From positions 1-24,054 of the forward strand of contig JANOPR010000023.1 in assembly GCA_031421955.1 (NCBI GenBank): DNA of 24,054 nt, written 5' to 3'. Below the pieces are notes generated by a model. That model searched no databases, was not told the DNA's origin, and was given only the letters and a program-made list of their open reading frames with translations. The translations under genes were made by a program, and so were the position numbers. This DNA is from Burkholderiales bacterium. GTDB lineage: Bacteria; Pseudomonadota; Gammaproteobacteria; Burkholderiales; Burkholderiaceae_C. Of this stretch, positions 1-8,800 are shown piece by piece (position 1 is the stretch's first letter; each line of letters starts with the position of its first letter).

Positions 1-2
1 CG

Positions 3-2588
3 CTGCTCGGTGAACTCGGCGCGGTCGACGAGCTCAATGAGCTCACCGCCACCGGTTGCGAACTCGCGCGCCTGCCGCTGGACCCGCGCATCGGCCGCAT
101 GATCGTCGAGGCGCGCGAACGCCAGTCACTGACCGAAGTACTGATCATCGCTGCCGCACTCTCGGGTCAGGACGTGCGCGACAGGCCTCAGGACAGGGCG
201 CAGGCTGCCGACGAGAAACACAAGCCCTTTGACGACGAACGCAGCGAGTACAGCGGCACCTTGAAACTGTGGGCCTGGCTCGAAGCCGGACGCGGTCACA
301 GCGCCGAGCACAAGGAACACAAGCTCTCCAACCGCCAGCAAGAGCAGCGCCTGCGCGAGCATTTCATCTCGCCGCGCCGGGTGCGCGAGTGGCGCGACAT
401 CCACTCCCAACTGCTGACCGTGGTCGCCGAGCATGGCTGGCGCCTGAATACGGCGCCGGCCAACTACGAACAGATCCACCTGGCGCTGCTGGCGGGCCTG
501 CTCGGCAACATCGGCTGCAAGGCCGACGACGACGACTGGTACCTCGGCGCCCGCGGCATCAAGTTCTGGCGCCACCCCGGCGCCAACCTGTCGAAGAAGC
601 CGGGCCGCTGGCTGATGGCGGGCGAACTGGTCGAGACCACGCGCCTGTTCGGCCGCGGCCTGGCCGCCATCGAGCCGATCTGGATCGAGCGCATCGGTGG
701 CCATCTGCTGAAGAAGCAGTTGCTCGAGCCGCATTGGGAGAAGAAGGCCGCGCAGGTGGTGGCGCTCGAACGGGCGACGCTTTATGGCCTCGTGATCTAC
801 AACGGCCGCAAGGTCGACTTCGCCCGCGTGGATGCGCCCGCCGCGCGCGAGATCTTCATTCGCGAAGCCCTGGTGCACGGCGAATGGGAAACCCCGCTCG
901 GATTCCTGGCCCACAACCAGAAGTTGATCCGCCAGGTGCAGGAGCTCGAGCACAAGGCGCGGCGCCAGGACGTATTGATCGACGACGACCTGCTCTTCGC
1001 CTTCTACGACCAACAAGTTCCCGCCGACGTGGCCAGCGGCACGAGCTTGGAGCGCTGGTACCGCGACGAGGTCAAACGCCAGCCCGAGTTGCTGAAACTC
1101 ACGCTCGAGGAGCTGATGCGCCATGAGGCCGCGGGCATCACCACGGATGCGTTTCCGAAGGTGATTCGCCTGGGCGGCATCGACTGCGCAGCCAGCTACC
1201 TGCACCAGCCTGGCGACGCCAAGGACGGGCTGACCGTGACGCTGCCGATCTACGCCTTGAATCAGGTCAACGACGAGCGCTGCGAGTGGCTCGTGCCAGG
1301 CATGTTGCCGGCCAAGGTGCTGGCACTCGTGAAGAGCCTGCACCAGCGCCCGCGTTCGCGCCTGGTACCGCTGCCCGACTATGCCGACGAACTTTGCGCC
1401 AGCACGCCGTTCGCGCAGGGCAGCCTGGTCGACGTCTTGCTCAAAGCCGTGCGCGAACGCACCCAGATCGCAGTCCAGCGCAATGACTTCAAGCTCGAGA
1501 CTGTCGCGCCGCACTTGTGGATGAACTTTCGTGTCGTCGACGAGCATGGGCGGCTGCTCGGCACCGGGCGCAATCTGGCGGCATTGAAGTCGGAGCTTGG
1601 CGTGCAGGCGCGCTCGGCATTCCAGTCCCTGGCCGGGCTGAAGTTGGCGGCGGCCGTGGCGCCCAAGTTCGCGCCGACACAAGAGCAGAGACGGCAAGCG
1701 GTCGCCTTGGCAACCGACACAGCCACGCCCACGCGGCCGAGTGCGCTGTTCACCGACTGGACCTTCGGTGAACTGCCCGAGCTGATGGAGCTGCACAAGG
1801 GTGGCCAGACCCTGGTCGGGTTTCCAGCCCTGATCGACAAGACCACGGGCGTCGAGATCGAGGTCTTTGACCAGCCCGATGTCGCGGCCACCAAGCATCG
1901 CGAGGGCATGCGGCGCCTGATCGCGCTGCAGCTCAAGGAGCCCCTGAAGTTCCTGGAGAAGAACATCCCCGACATGCCGCGCATGGCCGCCCAATTCATG
2001 GCGATCGGCAGCGCGGAAGAATTGCGCCAGCAGATTGTGGCGATCGCGCTCGACCGCGCCTTTCTGGCCGACGCGATGCCCAGCGATGCGGCGACTTTCA
2101 AGGCCTGCGTCGCGGCAGGTCGCAGCCGCCTGTCATTGGTCGCGCAAGAGGTGGCCCGGGCCGCCGCGGCCGTGCTGCAAGAGCAGGCGACCGCACTGCG
2201 CAAGTTGAAGGACAGCAAGGTGCCCAAGGACGTGGCGGACGACATTGCGGCGCAGTTGCAGCGCCTGGTTGGCAGGCGATTCCTGATCGCCACGCCCTGG
2301 CCCGCGCTGGCGCACCTGCCGCGCTACCTGCGCGCCGTCGTGATGCGCCTGGACAAGCTGCGCGCCGATCCGGCTCGCGATGCGCAGCGCCTGGGTGAGA
2401 TGCGCCCGCTCGAACAACGCTGGTTGCGCCGAGTTGCCGAGCGGCGCGGTGCGCCCGACCCGCGCCTTGATGAATTCGGCTGGCTGCTCGAGGAATTGCG
2501 CGTCAGCCTGTTTGCGCAGGAATTGCGCACGCCGCAGCCGGTCAGCGTCAAGCGGCTCGAGAAGGCCTGGGCGCAACTCGAAGGCTGA
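3..2588 (+). CDS. hrpA: ATP-dependent RNA helicase HrpA, 5'-truncated (HA2, OB-fold and C-terminal DUF3418-like region)
   Basis: The frame is open from base 3 (LLGELGAVDELNELTATGCELARLPLDPRIGRM), so the gene starts before the window. It carries HrpA C-terminal motifs (LSGQDVRDRP, GLLGNIG, ELVETTRLF, LEELRVSLFAQELRTPQPVSVKRL). Confidence 0.93.
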   Translation: MLGELGAVDELNELTATGCELARLPLDPRIGRMIVEARERQSLTEVLIIAAALSGQDVRDRPQDRAQAADEKHKPFDDERSEYSGTLKLWAWLEAGRGHSAEHKEHKLSNRQQEQRLREHFISPRRVREWRDIHSQLLTVVAEHGWRLNTAPANYEQIHLALLAGLLGNIGCKADDDDWYLGARGIKFWRHPGANLSKKPGRWLMAGELVETTRLFGRGLAAIEPIWIERIGGHLLKKQLLEPHWEKKAAQVVALERATLYGLVIYNGRKVDFARVDAPAAREIFIREALVHGEWETPLGFLAHNQKLIRQVQELEHKARRQDVLIDDDLLFAFYDQQVPADVASGTSLERWYRDEVKRQPELLKLTLEELMRHEAAGITTDAFPKVIRLGGIDCAASYLHQPGDAKDGLTVTLPIYALNQVNDERCEWLVPGMLPAKVLALVKSLHQRPRSRLVPLPDYADELCASTPFAQGSLVDVLLKAVRERTQIAVQRNDFKLETVAPHLWMNFRVVDEHGRLLGTGRNLAALKSELGVQARSAFQSLAGLKLAAAVAPKFAPTQEQRRQAVALATDTATPTRPSALFTDWTFGELPELMELHKGGQTLVGFPALIDKTTGVEIEVFDQPDVAATKHREGMRRLIALQLKEPLKFLEKNIPDMPRMAAQFMAIGSAEELRQQIVAIALDRAFLADAMPSDAATFKACVAAGRSRLSLVAQEVARAAAAVLQEQATALRKLKDSKVPKDVADDIAAQLQRLVGRRFLIATPWPALAHLPRYLRAVVMRLDKLRADPARDAQRLGEMRPLEQRWLRRVAERRGAPDPRLDEFGWLLEELRVSLFAQELRTPQPVSVKRLEKAWAQLEG

Positions 2589-2597
2589 TCCCGAGGC

Positions 2598-3446
2598 TCA
2601 GCCCGGTTTGGCCGGGCTGCGCATGTCGGCCAGTTTCGGCGAGGGCGGCGTGACGCGGGCGTCAAAGGGTTGCGGCGCATTGCCAACGCGGGCAAGCACG
2701 CGTCGCACATACTCGCGCGTCTCGTCGAACGGCGGCACGCCGCGGTGGCGATCGACGGCGCCCTCGCCGGCGTTGTAGGCCGCTGCAACGAGCGCCGTAT
2801 CACCTTCGAAGTAGGCCGACAGCCAGCGCAGGTAGGCCATGCCGCCGCGGATGTTCTGTTGCGCGTCGAAGGCGTTGCGCACGCCAAAGCGCCTGGCGGT
2901 CTGGGGAATCAACTGCATCAGTCCCTGGGCGTTCTTCGGCGACAGTGCCGCCACGTCAAAGTTCGACTCGACGGCAATGATGGCCAGCACGAACTGCGGC
3001 TTGATCTGGAACTGCGGCGCCAGCTGGCGCACCAGCCTTTCGATGTGCGGCGGCGCGCTCACGCCCTGCGTCGCCGGCACAAGCGCCGGCATGGCTGCGG
3101 TCGCCCGCGAGAAGCAGTCCGGCACCGCGGCGGCCGGCCACGTCACAGACTGCAGCATGCGACGTGCATCGCTGTGGCCCTGCGTCGATGCGGCGAAGAA
3201 CAGGTAGGACGCCCAGTCGTCTCGCCGCTCCGCTCCGCGGCCATGAGCGAATATCCACGCCAGCTGGTATTGGGACTCGGTGTCGCCGCGACGCGCCATC
3301 CGGCACAGGTCCGCAATTGCCTGCGGGCTGTTGCGTGGGGTTGCCGTGTCAAGCTGCGCTTCGGCGCCGCGTGCGGCGGGCACGGCAAGGGCAATGGCCA
3401 GGGCGGCCACGGGCAGGGCCAGGCGAGAAGTCATGGGCACGAGCAC
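2598..3446 (-). CDS. Secreted lytic transglycosylase (SLT domain) with an N-terminal Sel1-like repeat
   Basis: Signal-peptide-like N-terminus. Sel1-like segment GDTESQYQLAWIFAHGRGAERRDDWASYLFFAASTQGH. SLT motifs IAVES (catalytic Glu), GLMQ, NIRGG and AYNAG. Start is GTG 3446 or ATG 3434. Confidence 0.88.
   Translation of the reverse strand: MLVPMTSRLALPVAALAIALAVPAARGAEAQLDTATPRNSPQAIADLCRMARRGDTESQYQLAWIFAHGRGAERRDDWASYLFFAASTQGHSDARRMLQSVTWPAAAVPDCFSRATAAMPALVPATQGVSAPPHIERLVRQLAPQFQIKPQFVLAIIAVESNFDVAALSPKNAQGLMQLIPQTARRFGVRNAFDAQQNIRGGMAYLRWLSAYFEGDTALVAAAYNAGEGAVDRHRGVPPFDETREYVRRVLARVGNAPQPFDARVTPPSPKLADMRSPAKPG
2599..2619. terminator. GC hairpin at the convergent hrpA / transglycosylase junction
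   Basis: CAGCCCGG-TTTGG-CCGGGCTG is an 8-bp perfect stem 10 nt after the hrpA stop. It lies inside the last codons of the opposite gene and has no clear U-tract. Confidence 0.3.
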
Positions 3447-3487
3447 CAGCGCAGTCTAGTCAGTCTGCGCCGCGCCCGCTTGCCGAG

Positions 3488-4216
3488 TCAGGTCGGGCTC
3501 GACGCTGCCGTCACGACCTCGAGCAGTCGGTCGAGTCCGCCGCGGTCGATGGCCATCATCGCCTGCTCGCGCACGCGAGGTTTGGCGTGGTAGGCCACCG
3601 ACAGACCGGCCACCGCCATCATCGGCAGGTCGTTGGCGCCGTCACCGACGGCGATGGCCTGTTGCGGCGAGAGACCCAGGCGCTCGCAGGTCTGCAGCAG
3701 CATGCGCTGCTTCTCGGCACCGTCGCAGATGTCGCCCCAGGGCTGGTCAACCATGCGGCCGGTCAAGGCCCCGTCGGCGACTTCGAGCACATTGCTGCGC
3801 GTGAAGTCCAGGCCGAGCCGGTCGCGCACGCGGTCGGTGAAAAAGGTGAACCCGCCCGAGACCAGCAAGGTCTTCAGGCCCGCCGCCTGGCACGCGCGCA
3901 CCAGGGTCTCGGCCCCCGGGTTGAGCTGCAGGCGCTGGCTGTAGACCTGCTCGAGCGCCTCGACCGGCACGCCGCGCAACAGCGCCACGCGCTGGCGCAG
4001 GCTGGCCTTGTAATCGCTGATCTCGCCGCGCATGGCCGCCTCGGTGATGGCTGCCACCTCGGCCTTGCGGCCGGCCACGGCGGCGATCTCGTCGACGCAC
4101 TCGATGTTGATGAGTGTCGAGTCCATGTCGAAGGCGATCAGGCCGAAGTCGGCCAGGCGCAATGGCGGCGCGATGTGACGCAGCACCAGGCCGGGCGCGA
4201 TCTCGTGGGGCTTCAT
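3488..4216 (-). CDS. serB: Phosphoserine phosphatase (HAD family)
   Basis: FDMDSTL (DxDST), LVSGGF and GDGANDLPM motifs. The start overlaps the mfd stop (ATGA). Confidence 0.95.
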   Translation of the reverse strand: MKPHEIAPGLVLRHIAPPLRLADFGLIAFDMDSTLINIECVDEIAAVAGRKAEVAAITEAAMRGEISDYKASLRQRVALLRGVPVEALEQVYSQRLQLNPGAETLVRACQAAGLKTLLVSGGFTFFTDRVRDRLGLDFTRSNVLEVADGALTGRMVDQPWGDICDGAEKQRMLLQTCERLGLSPQQAIAVGDGANDLPMMAVAGLSVAYHAKPRVREQAMMAIDRGGLDRLLEVVTAASSPT

Positions 4217-7200
4217 GAGATCTCGGCTTGTTTGGGCGTACCGAGCGAGCGCAGCACATCGCGAATCAGGTGCGCCCGGTCCTGCGCGCTCGGCGTCTCG
4301 CGTTCGATGCGCAGCTTGTCGTTGCCGGCCAGCTTGATATGACGGTTCTTCTGCACCAATTCGATGATGCGCAGCGCATCGATCGGTGGATTCGGGCGGA
4401 AGGAGATCACGGCCAGGCGCGGCGCGGCGTCGATCTTGAGCACGCCGTAGGGCTTGGCCAGCACGCGCAGGCGATGGGTGTCGAACAAGGTCTGGCCTTG
4501 CAGGGGCAGCTTGCCGAAGCGATCGGTGATTTCCTCGAGCAGGGCGTCAATCTGCTCGGGCTTCTCGGCCGTCGCCAGGCGCTTGTACAGATTCAATCGG
4601 GTGTGCACGTCGCCGCAATAGGCGTCGGGCAGCAGGGCCGGGGCGTGCAGGTTGATCTCGGTCGTCGCGGCCAGCGGCGAAAGCAGGTCGGGCTCGCGCC
4701 CGGCCTTGAGCGAGCGCACCGCTTCGGCCAGCATGTCGTTGTAGAGCTGGAAGCCGACTTCCATCATGTTGCCGCTCTGGTTCTCCCCCAGCACCTCGCC
4801 GGCGCCGCGGATCTCGAGGTCGTGCATCGCCAGGTAGAAGCCGCTGCCAAGGTCCTCCATCTGCTGGATCGCCTCCAGGCGCATTGCGGCCTGCTTGGTC
4901 AGTGCCTGGACGTCGGGCACCAGCAGGTAGGCGTAGGCCTGGTGGTGGCTGCGGCCGACGCGGCCGCGCAGCTGGTGCAATTGCGCCAGGCCGAACTTGT
5001 CGGCACGGCTGATGACGATGGTGTTGGCGGTGGGCACGTCGATGCCGGTCTCGATGATCGTCGAGCACAGCAGCACGTTGTGGCGCTGCGCCACGAAGTC
5101 ACGCATCACGCGCTCGAGTTCGCGCTCTGGCATCTGGCCATGGGCGATCGCGATGCGGGCTTCGGGCAAAAGCTCAGTCAGCTTGTCGCGCCGGTGCGCG
5201 ATCGTCTCGACCTCGTTGTGCAGGAAGTAAACCTGCCCACCACGCTTCAACTCACGCAGCACGGCTTCCCGGATCGTGCCGTTGCCTTCGTTGCGCACAA
5301 AGGTCTTGATCGACAACCGCCGCTGCGGCGCGGTGGCAATCACGCTCAGGTCGCGCAGGCCTTCGAGCGCCATGCCCAGCGTGCGCGGGATCGGCGTGGC
5401 GGTCAGGGTCAAGACGTCGACGTCGGCACGCAGTGCCTTGATCGCCTCCTTGTGGCGCACGCCGAAGCGGTGCTCCTCGTCGATGATCAGCAGGCCCAGG
5501 CGCTTGAAGCGCACATCCTTGGACAGCAACTTGTGGGTGCCGACGACGATGTCGATGGTGCCGGCCTCGATGCCCTCCAGCGCCGAATTGATCTCCTTGG
5601 TCGAGCGAAAGCGCGACAGCTCGGCCACCTTCACCGGCCACTTGCCGAAGCGGTCCACGATGTTCTGGTAGTGCTGCTCTGTCAGCAGCGTGGTCGGCGC
5701 CAGCAGCGCGACCTGTTTGCCGCCGATCACGCTGACGAACGCCGCGCGCAATGCCACCTCGGTCTTGCCGAAGCCGACATCGCCGCAGACCAGCCGGTCC
5801 ATCGGCTTGGGCGCCACCAGATCCTGGATCACGGCATGGATCGCGGCGCGCTGGTCAGGCGTTTCCTCGAAGGCGAAGCTGGCGGCAAAGGCCTCGTAGT
5901 CGTGCGCCGAGTAGCGATGGGCATGGCCTTCGCGAGCGGCGCGGCGTGCGTACAGGTTCAGTAGCTCGGCTGCGGTGTCGCGCACCTGCTCGGCGGCCTT
6001 GCGCTTGGCCTTTTCCCACTGCCCCGAGCCCAGCCGGTGCAGCGGCGCCTCGTCGGCCGAGACGCCGGTGTAGCGGCCGATCAGGTGCAACTGGGCCACC
6101 GGCACGTAAAGCGTGGCCTTCTCGGCGTACTCGAGGTGCAGGAACTCCGAAGGCCCCCCGTCCTGACCATTCGCCAGGTCGATGTGGGTCAGGCCGACGT
6201 AGCGGCCGATGCCATGGTTGATGTGCACCACCGGGTCGCCGACCTTCAACTCCGACAGGTCCTTGATCAGCGCGTCGACGTTGCTGACCTGCTCCTGCTT
6301 CCTGCGCCGGCGCGAGGTCGGCGCGGTCGAGAACAGCTCGGTCTCGGTGATGAACTGGATCGCGGCTGCGCCGTCTCGCTGCCAATGGAATCCCGCCGCC
6401 AGTGGTGCTGCGGCAATGGCCACCTTCTCGTCGCCGTCTTCGAATTCGGCCAGCGAATCTACGCTCGGCACCTCGATCCGGTGGTCGCGCAACAATTCGA
6501 GCAGGCTCTCGCGCCGGCCCTCGCTCTCGGCCACCAGCAGCACGCGTGCCGCGGTGCCGTCGATGTGCCGCTCGAGCGAGGCCAGCGGTTCCGTGGCGCC
6601 GCGGTCGATGGCCACATCGGGCAGCGGGCGGGCCCACGAGACCGCAGTAGCAGGCTCTGTCGAGCCAACCGGGGCACTACCGCGCAGCGCCAAGGTGGCA
6701 TGCGGCTGTGTCAGGGCGAAGAACTCTTCGCTCTTGAGGAAGATTTCCTCCGGCGCCAGGATCGGCCGTTCCGGGTCATGCTGGAGGAAACGATGGCGCT
6801 CACGCGTGTCGGTCCAGAAGCGACCCAGGGCTTCGTCGATCTCGCCATGCAGCACCAGCGCGGCCTGGGCGCCGACGTAGTCGAACAGGGTCGCGGTCTG
6901 TGCGAAGAACAGGGGCAGGTAGTACTCGATGCCGGCGGTGGCGATGCCGGCACCCAGGTCCTTGTAGATGCGGCTCTTGGTCGGGTCGCCTTCGAGCTTC
7001 TCGCGCCAGCGGCCGCGGAACGTCGCGCGCGCCGCGTCGTCCATGGGGAACTCGCGGCCCGGCAGCAGCCGGATGTCGGGCACCGGGTACAGGCTGCGCT
7101 GCGAGTCAGGGTCGAAGGTGCGGATCGAGTCGATCTCGTTGTCGAACAGGTCGATGCGGTACGGCACCGTCGAGCCCATCGGAAAGAGGTCGATGAGCCC

Positions 7201-7698
7201 GCCGCGCACCGCGTACTCGCCGGGTGACACCACCTGGCTGACATGCTGGTAGCCGCCCAGGGTCAGCTGAGACTTCAATGCGGCCTCGTCGAGTGGGTCC
7301 TTCTGCTTGAATTCGAACGTGGTTGCGGCGAGAAAGGAGGGCGGTGCCAGCCGCGTGAGCGCCGTGGTGGCCGGCAACAGCACGACGTCGACGTCTCTCA
7401 CCGTCAACAGCCGCCACATCGTCGCCAGACGCTCGGATATCAGATCCTGGTGCGGGCTGAAGGTGTCGTAGGGCAGGGTCTCCCAGTCGGGAAAGACGGC
7501 GATGCGCAGGCTCGGCGCAAAGAAGGGCAGTTCGTCGGCAAGGCGCTGCGTGTCGGCGGGATCGGCGGTGACGACGACACCGATCTGGCCCTGTTGCACC
7601 CAGCCCAGAGCCAGGCGCGCGATCAGCAGCGAGTCGGAGGAACCGACCGGTCGTGGCAGGGAGAAGCGCTTGCCCGGCGCGATGATCGGCAACTGCAT
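4213..7698 (-). CDS. mfd: Transcription-repair coupling factor
   Basis: 1161 aa. UvrB-like N-terminus (FPDWETLPYD, RGGLIDLFP), RID (GDPVVHINHGIGRY), CGDVGFGKTEVA, DEEHRFG, TATPIPRTL, QLRGRVGR, TRG motif HDLEIRGAGEVLG and C-terminal TRCF domain. Confidence 0.98.
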   Translation of the reverse strand: MQLPIIAPGKRFSLPRPVGSSDSLLIARLALGWVQQGQIGVVVTADPADTQRLADELPFFAPSLRIAVFPDWETLPYDTFSPHQDLISERLATMWRLLTVRDVDVVLLPATTALTRLAPPSFLAATTFEFKQKDPLDEAALKSQLTLGGYQHVSQVVSPGEYAVRGGLIDLFPMGSTVPYRIDLFDNEIDSIRTFDPDSQRSLYPVPDIRLLPGREFPMDDAARATFRGRWREKLEGDPTKSRIYKDLGAGIATAGIEYYLPLFFAQTATLFDYVGAQAALVLHGEIDEALGRFWTDTRERHRFLQHDPERPILAPEEIFLKSEEFFALTQPHATLALRGSAPVGSTEPATAVSWARPLPDVAIDRGATEPLASLERHIDGTAARVLLVAESEGRRESLLELLRDHRIEVPSVDSLAEFEDGDEKVAIAAAPLAAGFHWQRDGAAAIQFITETELFSTAPTSRRRRKQEQVSNVDALIKDLSELKVGDPVVHINHGIGRYVGLTHIDLANGQDGGPSEFLHLEYAEKATLYVPVAQLHLIGRYTGVSADEAPLHRLGSGQWEKAKRKAAEQVRDTAAELLNLYARRAAREGHAHRYSAHDYEAFAASFAFEETPDQRAAIHAVIQDLVAPKPMDRLVCGDVGFGKTEVALRAAFVSVIGGKQVALLAPTTLLTEQHYQNIVDRFGKWPVKVAELSRFRSTKEINSALEGIEAGTIDIVVGTHKLLSKDVRFKRLGLLIIDEEHRFGVRHKEAIKALRADVDVLTLTATPIPRTLGMALEGLRDLSVIATAPQRRLSIKTFVRNEGNGTIREAVLRELKRGGQVYFLHNEVETIAHRRDKLTELLPEARIAIAHGQMPERELERVMRDFVAQRHNVLLCSTIIETGIDVPTANTIVISRADKFGLAQLHQLRGRVGRSHHQAYAYLLVPDVQALTKQAAMRLEAIQQMEDLGSGFYLAMHDLEIRGAGEVLGENQSGNMMEVGFQLYNDMLAEAVRSLKAGREPDLLSPLAATTEINLHAPALLPDAYCGDVHTRLNLYKRLATAEKPEQIDALLEEITDRFGKLPLQGQTLFDTHRLRVLAKPYGVLKIDAAPRLAVISFRPNPPIDALRIIELVQKNRHIKLAGNDKLRIERETPSAQDRAHLIRDVLRSLGTPKQAEIS

Positions 7699-7706
7699 GA
7701 AGGCGT

Positions 7707-7720
7707 GGATTCTAGAATCC
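7707..7720. promoter_or_regulatory. Perfect 14-bp palindrome with overlapping TAGAAT -10 hexamers on both strands (candidate bidirectional mfd/ispD promoter)
   Basis: GGATTCTAGAATCC. TAGAAT reads on + at 7713-7718 and on - at 7714-7709, within a 28-nt intergenic gap with no SD on either side. Confidence 0.6.
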
Positions 7721-7726
7721 GGGCCA

Positions 7727-8800
7727 ATGTCCTCTGCCGCCCCCGCTGATCGCGCAACCTGTTATGCGCTGGTGCCTTGTGCTGGAGCCGGTGTACGTGC
7801 CGGGACCGAGGGGCCCAAGCAATACGCCCAGGTGGCCGGCCGCACGGTCGTCGCGCACACGCTGGCGGCGCTCTCGGGCGTGGCGCGGCTGACGGCAACG
7901 CTGGTGGTGCTGGCACCCGGTGACACATCGTTTGGCGCAGCGGCGCCGCGTTTCCAGGGCCCGCAGGCCTGGATCGAACATTGCGGTGGCGCCACACGCG
8001 CCGACACGGTCAAGGCCGGCCTGGGTGCCCTGGCCGCACGCGGCGCGCGGGACATGGATTGGGTGCTTGTGCATGATGCCGCGCGCTGCCTGGTGCGGTT
8101 CGACGCGATCGATCGATTGATCGATGCCTGCCTGGGCGACGACGTGGGTGGCCTGCTCGCACTGCCGATTGCCGACACGCTCAAGCAGGCCGACCAGGCG
8201 GCGCGTTGCGCGACCACGATCGAACGCCACGGCAAGTGGCTGGCGCAGACACCGCAGATGTTCCGCCTCGGTCTGCTGCGCGAGGGCCTGGCGCGGGCTG
8301 GCGCCGGCGTCACCGACGAAGCCAGCGCAATTGAAGCACTCGGTCATGCGCCGCTGCTCGTGCGCGGCGAGCCAGACAACTTCAAGCTCACGTGGCCGCC
8401 CGACTTCGCGCTGGCCGAGCGGCTGCTCGCGCCCGCCGAGCAGATCAAGGCCTTCGTCCCGGCCCGCGACTTCGAGCTGTCCTTGCGTTTTTACGCCTCG
8501 CTCGGCTTTGATGTCGGGTACAAGGGCAGTGATGTGGCCGTGCTGCGTCGCGGATCCATGGCCTTCCTGTTGCAGAACTTCTATGTGCCCGTCCACGCCG
8601 AAAACTTTGTCATGCACCTCTCGGTCGATGACCTTCCACGCTGGGTCGATCTGGGTGCGCGGCTTGCGACCGAGTACGCGGCACATGGGGTGCGCGCATC
8701 GACCGCCGAACTTCGGCCCTGGGGTCTGCGCGACATGACATTGACCGACCCGAGCGGTGTGCTGTGGCGCATCGCGCAATCAACGCCTGGTCCAGCATGA
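7727..8800 (+). CDS. ispD: 2-C-methyl-D-erythritol 4-phosphate cytidylyltransferase (IspD, about 7727-8428) fused in frame to a C-terminal VOC/glyoxalase-bleomycin-resistance domain (about 8438-8800)
   Basis: IspD motifs PCAGAGVRAG..PKQY, VLVHDAARC, AQTPQMF, TDEASAIE and NFKLTWPPDF. With no stop, it continues into EQIKAFVPARDFELSLRFYASLGF...PWGLRDMTLTDPSGVLWRIAQ, a typical VOC fold. ATG 7727 was chosen because the track start at 7502 overlaps mfd. Confidence 0.88.
   Translation: MSSAAPADRATCYALVPCAGAGVRAGTEGPKQYAQVAGRTVVAHTLAALSGVARLTATLVVLAPGDTSFGAAAPRFQGPQAWIEHCGGATRADTVKAGLGALAARGARDMDWVLVHDAARCLVRFDAIDRLIDACLGDDVGGLLALPIADTLKQADQAARCATTIERHGKWLAQTPQMFRLGLLREGLARAGAGVTDEASAIEALGHAPLLVRGEPDNFKLTWPPDFALAERLLAPAEQIKAFVPARDFELSLRFYASLGFDVGYKGSDVAVLRRGSMAFLLQNFYVPVHAENFVMHLSVDDLPRWVDLGARLATEYAAHGVRASTAELRPWGLRDMTLTDPSGVLWRIAQSTPGPA

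Noticed and set aside
7502-7726. 75-codon N-terminal extension of IspD
   Set aside because: It overlaps mfd on the opposite strand. ATG 7727 fits normal IspD length and the candidate promoter.
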